DNA from: Tubulanus polymorphus
Taxonomy: Eukaryota > Animalia > Nemertea
NCBI RefSeq assembly: GCF_964204645.1
Contig: NC_134030.1
Coordinates: 14,756,110-14,820,109, forward strand
DNA: 64,000 nucleotides
Reading direction: 5' to 3'
Shown here: in pieces, positions 25,526 to 39,035 of the stretch
How positions within the stretch are numbered: position 1 is the stretch's first letter
Layout: each line of letters opens with the position of its first letter
Program-made: the position numbers and the translations under genes
The notes under the pieces: model-generated
What the model saw: the letters and a program-made list of their open reading frames with translations, nothing else
Databases searched by the model: none
What the model was told of the DNA's origin: nothing

Positions 25526-25948
25526 ATGAAGACCATTGAGGACGCACGTGCTCATTACACAATCGTGTTGCTGACGGCATCGCAAGGGACTAATATGCTG
25601 ATGAATGTGGCTCAGGAGCATGCGACATACTCTGACAACGATGATGGATCTGTATGCTCGGATGCCGGTCATGATTGTGGTACCGATAATGTTACTACTG
25701 GTTATGAATCCCATCTGGGATCGTCAGTCCTTGAAAACTCGAGAAAAAGTATGGATTCTGAAGAGTTAGATGGTCCCCACGAGTTCAGCGGAGATAACTA
25801 CAACAATTCATCAGTATCCACTGAAACTGAAGATGTTATGGTACCAGGACCACAAGTTCAAGGCAGAGGAGGAGCCCCTTCAAGAGGTGGAGGTGTCTCT
25901 ACAAGAGAAGGAACATCACAACCCCGTGGGCGCCGAGGGGTTGAGTAA
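25526..25948 (+). other. Intronic acidic/RG-rich ORF, possibly a piggyBac-type transposase N-terminus
   Basis: S/D/E-rich stretch then GRGG..RGRRG; no catalytic domain seen. Confidence 0.25.
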
Positions 25949-26721
25949 GAGGTGCTGTGAGAGGTGGGACAGTTTCCCCGTACCATTTCCCTATATTTTC
26001 CTCTATATCTATTTAACCTTCAGGCAATAAGCATTACCCCACTCCCAGTTGTCATGTCAGCTATAATAACAAAATTTGATAAGAATCACAATGCATGTGT
26101 AACGCATGTCCCACTAACCCAGCATTATCTGAAACCTGCTTAACTATGCAGTTCTAGTATATAACCTCATTGAAATTGATGAAATTGCGTTAGATTACAT
26201 CCCTTCTGAAAAAAAATGTGAAAAGCTGGTGTGAAGCTTAGAAATGTTAAAAAGTCGAAAATGCCAATGTGAAAAAATGTAAAAATTAATGAAACTTGCA
26301 TTTCATCCTGACCAAACCCTAGTAGAATATCTTGTGACTGAAAATCCCATATCTTGACAATGATCGCTTTTTATTTTGACATGCCAGAATTGGTGACAAC
26401 TTCCCTCTAATTATGTTTCTAACCTTTAGATACTCCTCTACAAGGATTTATTTCTGCTCATAGCTCCAGTTAGGCAACATTTTCTTGTGTGCCATGATTA
26501 CAATCTATTAACTACAGGCAAGTTTCATGGAATGATGGCTATTTGCTAAACTAAGGTTGTAACAGCATGTTTCATTGGCTAAAACATTTTGCCACGAGTA
26601 GGCCAAGAACAAGAATTATCCCAAGAGGTTAACAAGTTCGCTGCCACCTAGCGGTTAAGGTCCGGTCGCCATTGCCAATGGCAATTTTTTTACATCATAC
26701 ACTTATATGCTGCCAGCACTA

Positions 26722-28185
26722 TTTTTAGCTCTCGAGGAACGAGAGAGCTATTACGACGATGCCTGGAAATCGGTCATGTATGTTGCCTGTCGTTCTACGC
26801 ACATACGTGTATGCATGCAAGCTGAACAAATAGTTCCATAATTTTAAGGCTAATATACATTTTGGTACTTATGATTCCGGTGTGATTACAATGTATTACG
26901 AATAAATGAATTGTCATGATTAAACTGATTAAAGCTGAATAGTTATTAATGAGCTAATCCATTAATTAATGTACTGTAATTCTCCTTGTCTATTACTAAT
27001 ATACTAGTACATTTACTATTATTATTACTATTATTATTGTTATCATTGCCTTTATTCCTATTGATCTTTATCTGTTTTTTAACATTATTATTATTATCAT
27101 TATTATTACTATTATTATTATTATTATTGATATTATTATTATTATTATCATTAAGTATTATAATCCTTCCTATTATTATGAATATGGATGAATATTATAA
27201 TGTTATTGATATTAATATGTTATAAAGTAACATTTATGTCTATTTGTATTGCACCTTGCACATAATGCGCGTGGGCACAGTGCCTTAGTAATTATAAGTA
27301 CAGCCCTAGGCTCGCACTGTGTCCCTCATCTTATGTCTGTAAGAAATATGTTTAACTCCTATATTGTATCTTGCATGACATAATGATGAAAAATAAATTA
27401 TATATATATATATATATGTAAACTATTTTTCGATTGTGAGTTGTTTAAACATTCGTGTCTGTGTTGATGAATATAGCAACAATGTAGTCAGCCGTCAGCA
27501 TTGCGCTTTTTTGCTTTGTGGACGATACTGCACGTGTCGCCGGTAAGCGATAGTTTTTAACTTTACATCACTTAGAGGCACGAAAACAGCAACATCGTTT
27601 CCAGAGAAATAATGTTGTGAATACTTGATTGAGTCCTTATACTGATTAATACAGCTAAATACCATAATTGCGAAGCCAATTTGACAGAAATCAAGTCCTT
27701 ATGGAAAAAATAAGTGTAAAGAGCCAAGCAGCAGCTGTTCACGTGAAACCGGCGGTGGCGGTATCATCGTCTTAATATAATACACTATTTTACTTCCGGG
27801 TTGGTTTTACGACTAAAATAAGCATTTCAAGTTTGATTTTTGTAAAATCCTGAATTGTTTATGGAAGGACTTTTCAAATGCACAACAGAAAATTTATCTT
27901 TGACAATTGTGTAAGGGTTGGGTAAAATAGCGTTTTCTCTTGCTGCCGTAGGCGTGGATGTTGTGAAATGCTAATTAGCCATGTGCTTATGAACAAATCC
28001 AATTTGATCTTATTCAGCAAAAATATATCAAACTAATTTGAGCTTTGTTCAGTATAAATCAATCTTTGAGAGAAAAAAATGATTAATTTAACGCATATGC
28101 TACTTCCTGTGTTACTTAAAAAATCAAAATTGTACTGTGTTAATAAAACAGGAGCTGAGAGCACTGGACCTTAGGTCCTCTAGTT
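26722..28185 (+). mobile_element. HINE-like element with internal (TTA)n and (TA)n tracts
   Basis: ttttt-agctctc..gagagct 5' inverted repeat; 3' hairpin ggacc-tta-ggtcc then tctagtt. Confidence 0.5.
27010..27225. repeat. Degenerate (TTA)n microsatellite
   Basis: Runs of attattatt. Confidence 0.9.
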
Positions 28186-29171
28186 ACATTGATAAATCAA
28201 TCACTGACCTTTTTCAGTTTAAGCCAATGACAAGATGACTCGTCACTGGCAATGGTGAAGAGGTTCTCTATTTTTTCTTTCTCCCCATTGCCAATGAGAA
28301 GTGTGTAAAATCAATCTAAAGAATAAAAATTTCATTTTTTAAATGATATAGAATGATTTTAGTCATTATATTCTCTCTAGATTTTGGCCGGAAAAGAAGC
28401 TAAATTTCTTTTCTTCCTGAAGATTTCATAAAACAATTTCAAAGTGTACACCAGACTTGAGTTACCCCCATAAATATTAGCTTTCTGCGAGGTCATTCAT
28501 TATGTTATAAAATGACATTGAATTGATGACGATGTAACTTATCATGGCAAACTGTGGTACACCCACTATGACGATTTATCTCGTCAGCGGCAACGATATG
28601 CTTAGCTAAGGAAATTATTATGATCCTTATGCATCATACTTAAACCCTTAACCTGCCAGCAGCTTTAATGTTAAGGGCTTCGTGTGCCAGATGATTTGCA
28701 TGTTAATGAAATTAACTCATTAAATCCTCATAACTTCCAAACTATTGTATATAGGGCATTGAAACTCCACAAAGCAGTAGTTTATAATCATAGCTATGGA
28801 CTAGTGCTAAAAGATCAAACTTCTGAGTTTTGAAAGAGGGGGTCCACTGGGTGGGATCACTACCTACTGCTTCTAACTACCCAGGAAGAAAGACATTAAG
28901 TATTTGGATGGATATATGAAAGCTGTGGGTACTCGAGTGTGTAATGGGTAGTATTTGTGGCTAGCACACAGATCACATTGTTCATTGGGGTTTGGTCCAG
29001 GACTCGCGAGATTTTCAACAACACGGAAGTAACGTGTAATAAATGATGACTTGAATTGCATGACTACCCACCACCCCTCATTATTATTGGAAAACTAAAC
29101 GTTCTGCACGGACTAAAAATTAGTAATAACATTTTAGAGATGGCCAGGATTTTAACTTAGGTTGTATCTCA

Positions 29172-30325
29172 TTTTTAGGCCAGCCGTAGGCGGAGCCTAT
29201 TACTATACAAATGGAGCGAATTTAAATGACATGGTTTCCACACAAAAGGCTCTTTTGCTTGCCAAGTGAGGGCATATTCGAACAAATCACGTATTTAAGC
29301 GTAATCCATTCTCGGAATCGTAGCGAGCAAAATTTTGAAATAGGGTTTCATAAAAATGTTTTCTACATTTTTCACGAAAATTAAATCGGGAAAATTTCAA
29401 TCTTTATCAGCCAATCAGGAAGTTGTGTTTTCCCTGTGATTGGTTTATCTGAAAATAAACGGAAGCTGTTCAAGTGAATTATCGTGATTTCATTACTGGC
29501 GCTTTTGAGCATGACGTCATGTATCAACATGCGACAATACTTCCGCATTCGCTACGTGTTTGCTGATTGGCCCATTTACTGGGAAATTCTACAGAAGCCT
29601 AATGTGGTTTGTTACAAGCACTGTGATTGGCCCGACCCGATTCTGGCGCGGCTTTAGCTTAGTGGGTTCGAATCCCTTGACGGGTGAAGATGATGGATCC
29701 TATCAATATCTATTGAAACAAATAAGTTTCCCGGTTGGGCAGTCGCACATATCTACCGGAAGTGTTCCGGTTCCATATTTCGAGGCTTCTTTGAATTTTT
29801 GAGTGATATTGAAATCGGTAGATTTTGAAAACCCATTGCATGATATTTGTATAACTTAATCAACGAAAAGCGTCGGGGCCGCGCCAGGAGTTTTCGCGAT
29901 TCAGGTGGCGCAATAGCCTACTTCTTCGTGTTCGTCCACCTCAATTTTCACTCCGCCGATCTCTGACACGGCTCTGTCGCCGTCGGCGCTGTGACTGATT
30001 GCACTTTCGTACCACCAAAATTTTTTATTTCTATATCAGGGAGGTCTGGAGAATAAAAAGGTCAAAATTTGGATATCACATAGGCCTGATTTCATCGAAT
30101 AAGTCGACCATGGTCGTTACGTTTCCGTACTAATTACCACCTAAAACGTCTGAACAATTTTGTCACAACCAACATTTCGTTTACAGAAATCAGGTGTTCA
30201 CGTGAACCCGCGGTATCGTCTACTGTTTTACTTCTGGGTTTTATTTTAAGATTAAAAATTGTATTTCGAGATCGATTTCTATGAAATCTTTAGTTGATTT
30301 GGTGTTTGGGAGGAATTTTTATTTG
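29172..30325 (+). mobile_element. HINE-like element related to 20716-21295, with a longer interior
   Basis: Shares gagcctattactat.caaatggagcgaatttaaatgacatggtttcc and gaaccc.ggtatcgtctactgttttac; interior 29483-29692 matches 57899-58156. Confidence 0.6.
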
Positions 30326-31833
30326 CTCTATTGCCATATCACATCATCAACTTATATTGTGCCTTAAAACCCTAACAGCCGAAATAATTGAAATGCACAC
30401 ACGATTTCTAACATTAGAAATTGAGAGAGTGGCCATGTTTGTCTTCTGCTGCTTCGCGTAAATACCGCGCAGTGGCGCAACTGCGCGGAGTGGGGCCGAT
30501 ACATCCAGTGTATGGACTAGTCGCCTGCAGCAATTTTAGGGTTAAAGTGATAAGCTAAGGAATTCCTTTCTATTTAAGGTCAAAATTTTGCTAAGGAAGT
30601 TTTATACATGCCAGGCCAGGGCCTTACAAGTGTCACGGTGACTTTTGTACCACAGCTTCACAACGTGGTACACGGTCAACAGTGACCCACATTTTCATAA
30701 AGAATGTTCATGATTCCCATGCGTCGACTATCACAAAACCTTCAAATTACTTCAGCTACTTTGCACCTCCAATCATCATCTATTTAGGACTATTTTGTTA
30801 CTTTGTTTCATTCATCACCTAACAGCAGCAATCTAATAGCGCAGCGCTAGTACATTTGTATATACGCGCATCAGCAGTCAGCCATGTGTGAATATTGGTT
30901 ACAATATATGGCTCTGTGTGTTAGTAATCACCCGAGTGAGTCTATCTATAGCAGTGACACGGCGATGATAGAATACACAGCACTCTCACACATCAGCAGG
31001 CATAGTGGGCCTCATACATCGTCAATTAAGACAAACTAATAGACAAATCAGTGAATTAAAATCTGATGAAGGACCTCGGCTTATTGGGCGAAGCATTAAG
31101 ATATCCATGTATTTTAGGTTAAAATACTGCCCTCGGCTTATCGGCCGAGTCGGCTTAATGGCTGGAAAATACAGTATATGAATTATGCTTATTAGGTCAC
31201 GTGATGCTTGTAATTAGTATGAAAATTAATTTTTTATCACCAAAATGTTTGGCCATTACGTTGCCCTCTGTGGGTACAGTACCCCTTTCATAACAGTTAC
31301 GGTATCTTTATATCACACAAAATCTCGATATCTGGCTCATTACAGTGGCTGGGTATGGCTAGTACTGAAAGGATTAAATTGACATCTGAATTCATTAACA
31401 CTTGTTATACTGCACTGTTGCTGACTTCTTTATATTCATGATAACTAACAGTACCTGTCCTGAGCTAGACCTGGTGTTTGACCCCCACAAGGGTTTACCC
31501 TTTTTGGGTACAGATTTTAATCTATATTTGTATTTATCAAAATAGTTATGCTCTTGTTGCACCATATATATGATATCACCAGTCATACCCATACACCATC
31601 TAGCCATATTGGCTGTCATTAACGTTGTATCAGATGTGCTACCGAGGGCGCTGAAGGGTTGAGTTGAACATGATGTTAGGTCGCTGAAGTTTCAACTGTG
31701 GCCACAAGGGGGTCTTTTGGAAATCAACAGGGGCCATTTACTCAAAAGTTCATTGAAGTTAACCAGTGGATAGTTTATATAGTGACAATTGAGTGTTCAT
31801 TGTTACTTGGTAAAGAATACTTTATTTTTGTAG

Positions 31834-32053
31834 TAATGATGATGAAGAGCACACGCAAATGACGTCAGATAAAATTGAAATTCGAGCAGATGAAATTCCG
31901 GATGTACCAAAACAGAATTTTCTTTATCGAGGCAGTCCTGCTAAAATGGAGTTAACAAAAGTCAAAAGAAGTAACAGACGTCGAAGTCCTACTTATCACT
32001 CACGCAACTTTGTTTCACAGTCAGGTCGTAAAGTGAAAGGTCGCGGCAATATG
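31834..32053 (+). CDS. PPIG: Cyclophilin G exon (IRADEIPDVPKQNFLYR...SGRKVKGRGNM)
   Basis: tag/gtgagt; matches PPIG EEIPPIPENRFLMR and SGRKIKGRG motifs. Confidence 0.92.
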
Positions 32054-33104
32054 GTGAGTACAATGCATACATCGTTTCAGTACATCCAAATTAGCATTTT
32101 AGTATTCTACGCTGCTTAACATGCCTAAGAAGATCATGTTAGTACCTAATGCAGTTGCTAAGATAGTAATGTTGCAATTCGAGAATTTTGGGAAAACCCA
32201 GTATGAATCGACATGGAGCTAACAGATTTGTTTTATAGAGTTAAGTATTTCTCACTACAGTCAAGCTTTTTGAAAACTTTTTTGCTGTTTTATTGATTGA
32301 AATGGCTGTTAGGTGTAGTAAAAACTAACTGAGATAAGAGACGTCTTTGCATATTTTTTTCCAATGATAGTCAGTTTACATGTTCGCTGCCACCTTGCAG
32401 TTAAGGTCCGGTCACTATTGCCAACACTTTTTTATAACACCATTTTATTGGTTCGAAGAATGAGAAACTAAGCTATCGTCAAGTTTCAGTCATGAAGTCA
32501 CGTGACAGGATCGGAAGATTTTTTTTTCAGATTGAGTGATACACATACATAATTCACTTGTCTTAAGAATATTATAATTATCATGATAGATATATTCAAA
32601 TACTCAGAATAATATCATTTTCTAAAATCATGCGTAATGAATGCCGATTTAGCGGTTGATTAAAACAAATCATTACATCTACTCGCGCATAAATACACCA
32701 TCAATGCTGTGCCTGTTAAAGCGCCTGTACCCATACGTACAGCCATACACACGTTGATGCCGACACCGGCTTCCACTTCAAAAGTTAAGAACAAAATATT
32801 AGAAATATTTGTGATCCGATTTACACCAAATAAACCTTTAAAGTAAGGTATTTAGCATCGGATATTGTGCCGAAAATTCTAGATTGATACACTTCATAGT
32901 TTTTCAAGGAAGCGCATTTTTAGTGTAAACCAATTATGTTGATTGACAGGCAGGCTCAGCTGCGCGCCTCATTTTATCGATGACGTCAGATGTAAACAAT
33001 AACATTACCACGTGCACAATGCAAATGGAAAACAAATTGAATTTTTTTTAAACAAACTTCTCTGATGGAATATCAATTTCTTTTCATGAGTTGCCTTTCT
33101 TTTA

Positions 33105-34750
33105 TGTGATTTATAATTTGTTATTCGAATCTTATTAAAATTTAAAGTATTCTCTTTTTGAAAAGAAAATATTAGATTTTGAAAAAAAATAAAATAGAAA
33201 TAATGGTTAGTTGAAGTTATGTAATTTTTATTATATTTTATTTGAATTCTATCTAATATCTTCTTTGAAAAGAAATATTAGAATATGATTTTAATATCTC
33301 ACTACTTTTGTCTATGTATAGGAGCAGTTACTATAACTATCCAGTCATTTCGGATCCTCGATATTAAATTCCTCAAACTGAAAATTAACTTCAACGTATT
33401 GTTCATTATTTGGATCATTGTTCCATAATTCAATAAATTTCTTTGCTTTATCTAACTGATCTAAATATAATTTCATATCTAGTTTGTTAGACTTAATTAT
33501 ATTTTCTTTCTGTTCTAGTAGTCTTAGATTCTTCAAATTCCAAATTAACTTCTGATTGTATTCATCATTCATGTTAAATTTCGATGTTGGTAAAATATGA
33601 TCTATATGAAAATATTCACCACGATTATTCATATTCATTTTATCATCGAACTGATATAAAATCCATGATTTAAAAAATTTATCTGAACAATCCAATAAAT
33701 TTGTAAGTGAAACTGAGTGATTATCTTTACTGAATAACGTGATAAGACTACGCAATAAATCTCGAGGGACGAATGAAATATGAGTCCCACAATCACAAGT
33801 TCGAAAAAGGTTTTGAAATATCGAAACTATAAAGAATTTATTAAAAACTCGAATTTTCGGTTTTATCCTAAAAACCTTTCTCAAGAGTGACTAAAATTAT
33901 GAAATTTCACAGTATATTTACCAGTAAGAACGACACACACTATTGCACATGAAAACTAGGTAATATTAACCAGAGAGGAAATGTATAGGGATAATAAACT
34001 GTTGTCCCTATACATTTCCTCTGTTATTATACACTTTAACATGTTCTGGATTATTTGCCCGAAATTTTTTCATATGTTCTGGGTTATTTTTATAATATTG
34101 TTTATTATATAGTTTAATTACAAGTTTTACAAATATTTCGTAAACCATCTTTGTAAAACTTATGTTTATAATATTCTGAAGATTGTTTACTTAATTCACA
34201 TTTTGAACATATTTTATAGTATATATTAACAACAATTATTATTGTTTATATTTATAGTTTGTGATTGTTCCTCCATTTATTATAGATATTTTTATTAAAA
34301 TTGATTTTCATATTTACTCGTAAATTACTCGTTACTTTTTAGTTGTCCATTTATTTCACTTTTCATATTAAAAAATCTAAATTGTTTTATTCACACTTTA
34401 GTCACACTTTTACTATTAAAATTGGTTACTGAATGATTGATTACATGTATCGCATTTATATATTTCTTTTACATTCTTTAATTCTTCTTATTTAGTGTGT
34501 AATATATCATCTATTCTAATTTCAATTTATTCTCTAAGTGAGATTTAGTTCTATTATGTCTTGCTTTTTGAGATTTATCTATATTGATTTTACATGTTGG
34601 ACTGTAGTACTTCTTATTTGCTTCCATTTTGATATCAAATTTTTTATTAAAATTGATTTTTGAAGTTATTCATATATAAAATTTTCATTTATATATGTTA
34701 TTCATTTATATGTTATTCATATATATGGAATTATTAGAGTAATTGTATAT
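33105..34750 (-). mobile_element. Polinton-like/viral fragment A: decayed zinc-finger gene start plus HNH endonuclease gene
   Basis: Very AT-rich; 34627 down to about 34425 is closely similar in nucleotide sequence to 62059-62260. Confidence 0.8.
33345..34276 (-). pseudogene. Phage/NCLDV-type HNH endonuclease with N-terminal C4 zinc finger, interrupted by an insert at about 33760-34030
   Basis: KICSKCELSK...KDGLRNICKTC, then LLDCS..F..W...QF...M.MNNRGEYFHIDHILP..KF...NLRLLEQKENIIKSNK. Confidence 0.8.
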
Positions 34751-35433
34751 ATAAGGGTTCAGATCAGAGGTTGAAGGGGCGAGTGAGTAAAAAATGAAAA
34801 ATAAATTGGAGCGTGCGAGAATTTTTTTTTAAAATTTTTTACTCGCCCCCATTTTTCATTTTTTATATCAATTACGAATATCCGTTCCTGAATTTCAACC
34901 ACAGACAGGTTACTGACGGGGTAGGCTCGTATACAACTGCTCGGAATGGCTCTTAGCTCTATACTATGCATTGTTCATGGTACGCACAGATCGGGAAGAT
35001 CAGGGTTTTTCCCTGCAGGAATTTGAAACTATCTTATTGTCACCTGTTTCTTTTCTATCCATTTAATCAACAATAACACTGTTATAACATGTAACTCTCA
35101 ACGTTTATCATGAGAATTTCTCCATACCCTTGCTGCCACCTCGACAATCTAGGGGTATTTGTGGCATCACACTAGTTCATACTCATTGCAAAGGTGTACT
35201 CCATGATATGTTCTTTGATTGAGACGAGATTCAACGTCTTTAGCTTTTCTATATACATTGACCAGGTGTCAGGGCAATAGACCCTGAGATGGTTAAGCAG
35301 CGGTGCTGAATAATGCTTTTGTCAGATTGTCAAGTATTCCAGTACCACTTGCATAGTTGGTGATGTCCCTGACCTGATACCATACTGTATATTTACAATA
35401 TCTGATACAATTTCAAATTTTATTTTTAATCAG

Positions 35434-35636
35434 AGATTTCATACTCCTACTCGTTCGGTGAGTCGGGAACGAAGTATGACGCCACCTCATTGGAAACAAG
35501 AACTGCAGAAAGTTCATCCATTATCTGAGGAGCAACCAATAATGAAAGACCGTTGGATAAAAGGAGATAAATTGAACGTACATAAAGAAAAGTCGAGAAA
35601 AATGAGAGAGAATCGTCACAAAGAATATCGTAGAAG
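35434..35636 (+). CDS. PPIG: Cyclophilin G exon (RFHTPTRS..SMTPPHWKQE..RWIKGDK)
   Basis: cag/gtattt; TPPHW.QE and RWIKGDK are PPIG motifs. Confidence 0.93.
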
Positions 35637-37343
35637 GTATTTAATTCATACTGTATGACAAAATTTAAGGAAAGTCATTCCTGTGACTTCACACAGGTTG
35701 TTCCAGTATGCGCTTTGGTAAAAAATATATTGAGTAGAAATAACTACAAAGCAAGGCTAAAGAGTTTTCAGCAGCCTGAATCAAAGAAAATTGCTGCTAT
35801 TTCTACACTGCAGGGAAAAATATGCAAAATGTGTGCACGGATATATTGAAATCTAATAAACACATTCAGTTTTTAACCATTAAATACATGCGTGAATTGT
35901 AAATTGCTTGTAATACAATAAATAAGAAATACAATCGGGGTTGCACTTAAAAATCCAGGTTTTTCAAAAACCACAAATTCTCTAGAATTGTCTTATCAGC
36001 TGCTGGGTTTCTGTGAAAAACATGGAATTGCAGATTTGGGCACCCAAATGGAGCTCCATCTAGGGTACCATCATATGTATTAAACCAGGGTGTTTTGATA
36101 TCAAATATTGACGCCGATAAACCTGGACCTATTTTTATCAATTGATATAGAAGAGCCGGCTAAAAAATTGCTTTAAATGCTGAGATATTGGTAATTTAAG
36201 TTTTGAAGTGGGCCGCTGGATCATGCGCATGGACACATGAAAAAATATTTTTCACATCACCAATCAAGGGTAGCTAGGCCTATGAAAGTAATGTTTCAGC
36301 TTACTGTCACCTCAAGTCAACAGTTGTTAGGTTTTTTATGCCCCCAGCTCAACTTAAGTTCAGAGGGGGCATATAGATTTACCCCAGTCTGAATACGCTG
36401 CCGCCACAAGTGACGTTAACAGCCTAGAGGCCACAATTGTTGAGCGATTGTTTTCAAACTTCGTTTACAATTAGGATATAACTTGGGCCAGAACTCTATG
36501 TAAAATTGGGTAGATTAAATTCAAATTATGGCTACCAGGGGGCCAACCTAAAAAACAACGTTGACAGCCTAGAGGCCACATTTGTTGACCGATTCAAATT
36601 ATGGCCATCAGGGCCTAGAGGCTGCAACTGTTGATCAATTTTCGGCTCGAGTTAGCCTATGTCAACGGTCTGGCCGATCGATAATCATTTGTATGCTTAA
36701 TACACTACGCTTGAAGCTATTTTTAGCATTGGTTGACGTCTATGACGTCATGCCAATGCTAGTAAAATGGATCAAAAATACTAGTACGAAAAAATAGCGC
36801 CGACTCTTCTCATTTTCATAGTAACTTCAAATTGTCACTCTGTTCACGTAAAACATAAGAAACAGCTGAAAATGACTAAAAAAAATGTGTCAATTATTCC
36901 CCACAACGTAGCGTCGCCAGATTTCTGATTTAATGGTCCAAAAAATTATTCGATCGCATTTTTCTTGTTCATTATCTGGTAGATGAGAGTGGGTTAAACA
37001 ATCGCGTAGCGATATGTCCGCGTTGACATTGGCAGTAAAGAATGGGGAACAGCCTCTTCTGAATAGAAAAACATAAAATTATTTACCTCCGGTTTATAAG
37101 TATCACAGTGTTTGGATATCACTGTTATTCCAACTATCAGTATCAATGGGATTATTTGGGATTCATTCTCAGCGTCAGAATACGTATTTCTAGAGCAGTG
37201 GAACGGCAGACTACTCGTGACTGAAACCCGTATGTGATTGTGCGGGAACGCCTTTACTAAAGTTAAAACCATTTCATGATGACACGAAACATCAAACGGT
37301 AAACAGTAGGCTAGCACCATGATACGATATCACCACTAAAGAT

Positions 37344-38075
37344 CAGAGATGCTAGTTTTCCGGAAATATCCGGAATTCCGGAAATTTAGGATCGCCGATG
37401 TCAATTCCGGAAATTTGGTGAGAATTCCTCGCTGCGACCAGTAATGGCACGGACCGTAAAAGCATTCGTTTGTTTGTACTCGTCGTCGCTTCTGTGTTAT
37501 TTTATCTTGGTCTCTGTCCGAGGACGTTCTGCTACAATGTATATATGTCTGCTTGTTGTGGTATCTGTGCGTGCGTAGGCGGAGCGCCACTGTTGTGACG
37601 CCATTTCCAATTAAAAGTCAATTATCTTTACGCGCCGTTGTACATCGTCCCGCTGACGGCCAACAATGTGAAGATGCACGTGGTAATGATTAAGATAATA
37701 TTTAATAAATATCATCTTAATTATTACCACGCGCGTGCTATGTCCTGAGGCACGCAGCTTTGTAACTTTCTTTTTGCGGGACGGTCTGCAAAATGAGCAC
37801 GCACGGAAAGATTGTCAGTCGGGAGTCGGCCGATATAAAGGCAATTGACAGCGGTATAAAAAATAAATTTAACTGGCAATGGCTAGAGTGTAAGGACAGT
37901 AACGGGGACTACTTATCGAACTACATTCGTAAGATAGACTTAGCTGGCGTGGGGTACTGCGTCGTTTGTAAAGACCATGTCAAATACGGTAGTGGCGGGA
38001 AAAAAGATATTCTTCGTCACCCGGATAGCGCGCGGCATAAGAAGGCAGCGAGGGATGTGAAGCACAACGAATGCC
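37344..38075 (+). mobile_element. hAT-like transposon 5' end with N-terminal zinc-finger ORF (37793-38075)
   Basis: cagagatg terminus with ttccggaa subterminal repeats; KNKFNWQWLE..YIRK..G.GYCVVC...YGSGG..DILRH..S.RH. Confidence 0.6.
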
Positions 38076-38560
38076 TTGGATAGTTCATTTAACCTCAAGA
38101 CAGTACGGCCTTTGAAGTGTTGCCCGCACACTGTTCGCAGCCAGCAGGACTTTAACCCACTTGTCACACAGCATTGATAGTGGATTCAACAGCATCACGC
38201 CTTATCTCACTGAGCTACCGAGGCCGTTCGATTCAATTCCAAAAAACTACAGCAGCGACAAATAACCATCGCAATATTGCAATTTACGACAAACAACATA
38301 TGACGTCTTTGACAAACTCGTCTTGGAACTAATGACGACCCCTTGGTAGCTCAGTGAGATAAGGCGTGATGCTGTTGAATCCACTATCAATGCTGAGTGA
38401 CAAGTGGGTTCGAGTCCTGTTGGCTGCGAACAGTGTGCGGGCAACACTTCAAAGGCCGTACCGTCGTGAGGTTAAATGAACAATCCAATAGGAATAGTCT
38501 TGGGAAACCAAGATCCAAACGACGTTTGTAAAGCCAAACAAACAAAAAGACAAACAAACC
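38076..38560. mobile_element. Head-to-head pair of tRNA-derived SINE-like units; the right unit ends in an (AAAC)n tail
   Basis: 38076-38223 is the reverse complement of 38341-38488; A box tagctcagtgag, B box ggttcgagtcc. Confidence 0.8.
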
Positions 38561-39035
38561 ATCATCAGCCGGACTCAGTGACACCAACGCCGGCATCGCT
38601 CTCTGCGACGTTTTCAATGCGTACATGCATCAGAGCTTGGAGCTCTAAGATCAGATGGTCTTGCAATTGCATTCAGAAAAATCGTTCTGGTTTTGTTTTC
38701 ATTATTCAGTGGGGCCTAACAGTTCATGCGTAAAAATGGGTTTTTGTATCCAAATCTTGATTGATATAAATATCTTGGCTGGGTCATGATGGAAAACATA
38801 AGAATAAACTAGTTTCGTCTTTTTAACAGAATCGCATTAATGATGTTTAACAGTACAAATAGCCTAGGCTAAATCGTTCGGCAGAAAATAAATTCATTTT
38901 CAGGAATAAAATCATACTAGACACATAGACATAATGTACCAATGCTTCAAGGCCCATGGGCATCTTGTTAGCACTCTCAAACGCAATTTCATTAGCCTGT
39001 AATTTCACTACTAATGGACGAATTGAACGGATTAA

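Larger units (their letters stand above)
36332..38969 (+). mobile_element. Possible HINE-like element with nested insertions
   Basis: ttttttatgccccc..gggggcata 5' inverted repeat; repeated gcctagaggc core units; 3' gcccatgggc hairpin then atcttgtt. Pairing of the two ends is uncertain. Confidence 0.4.

Noticed and set aside
26986-27225. Leu-rich membrane protein ORF
   Set aside because: Translation of a (TTA)n microsatellite
29660-29692. tRNA gene (also at 58120-58156)
   Set aside because: Only a T-arm-like motif within an interspersed repeat
31060-31105. Second hammerhead (ctgatga...cgaagc)
   Set aside because: GAAG instead of GAAA and no convincing stems
38341-38430. tRNA gene
   Set aside because: A and B boxes are present but acceptor and anticodon stems do not pair; SINE-like
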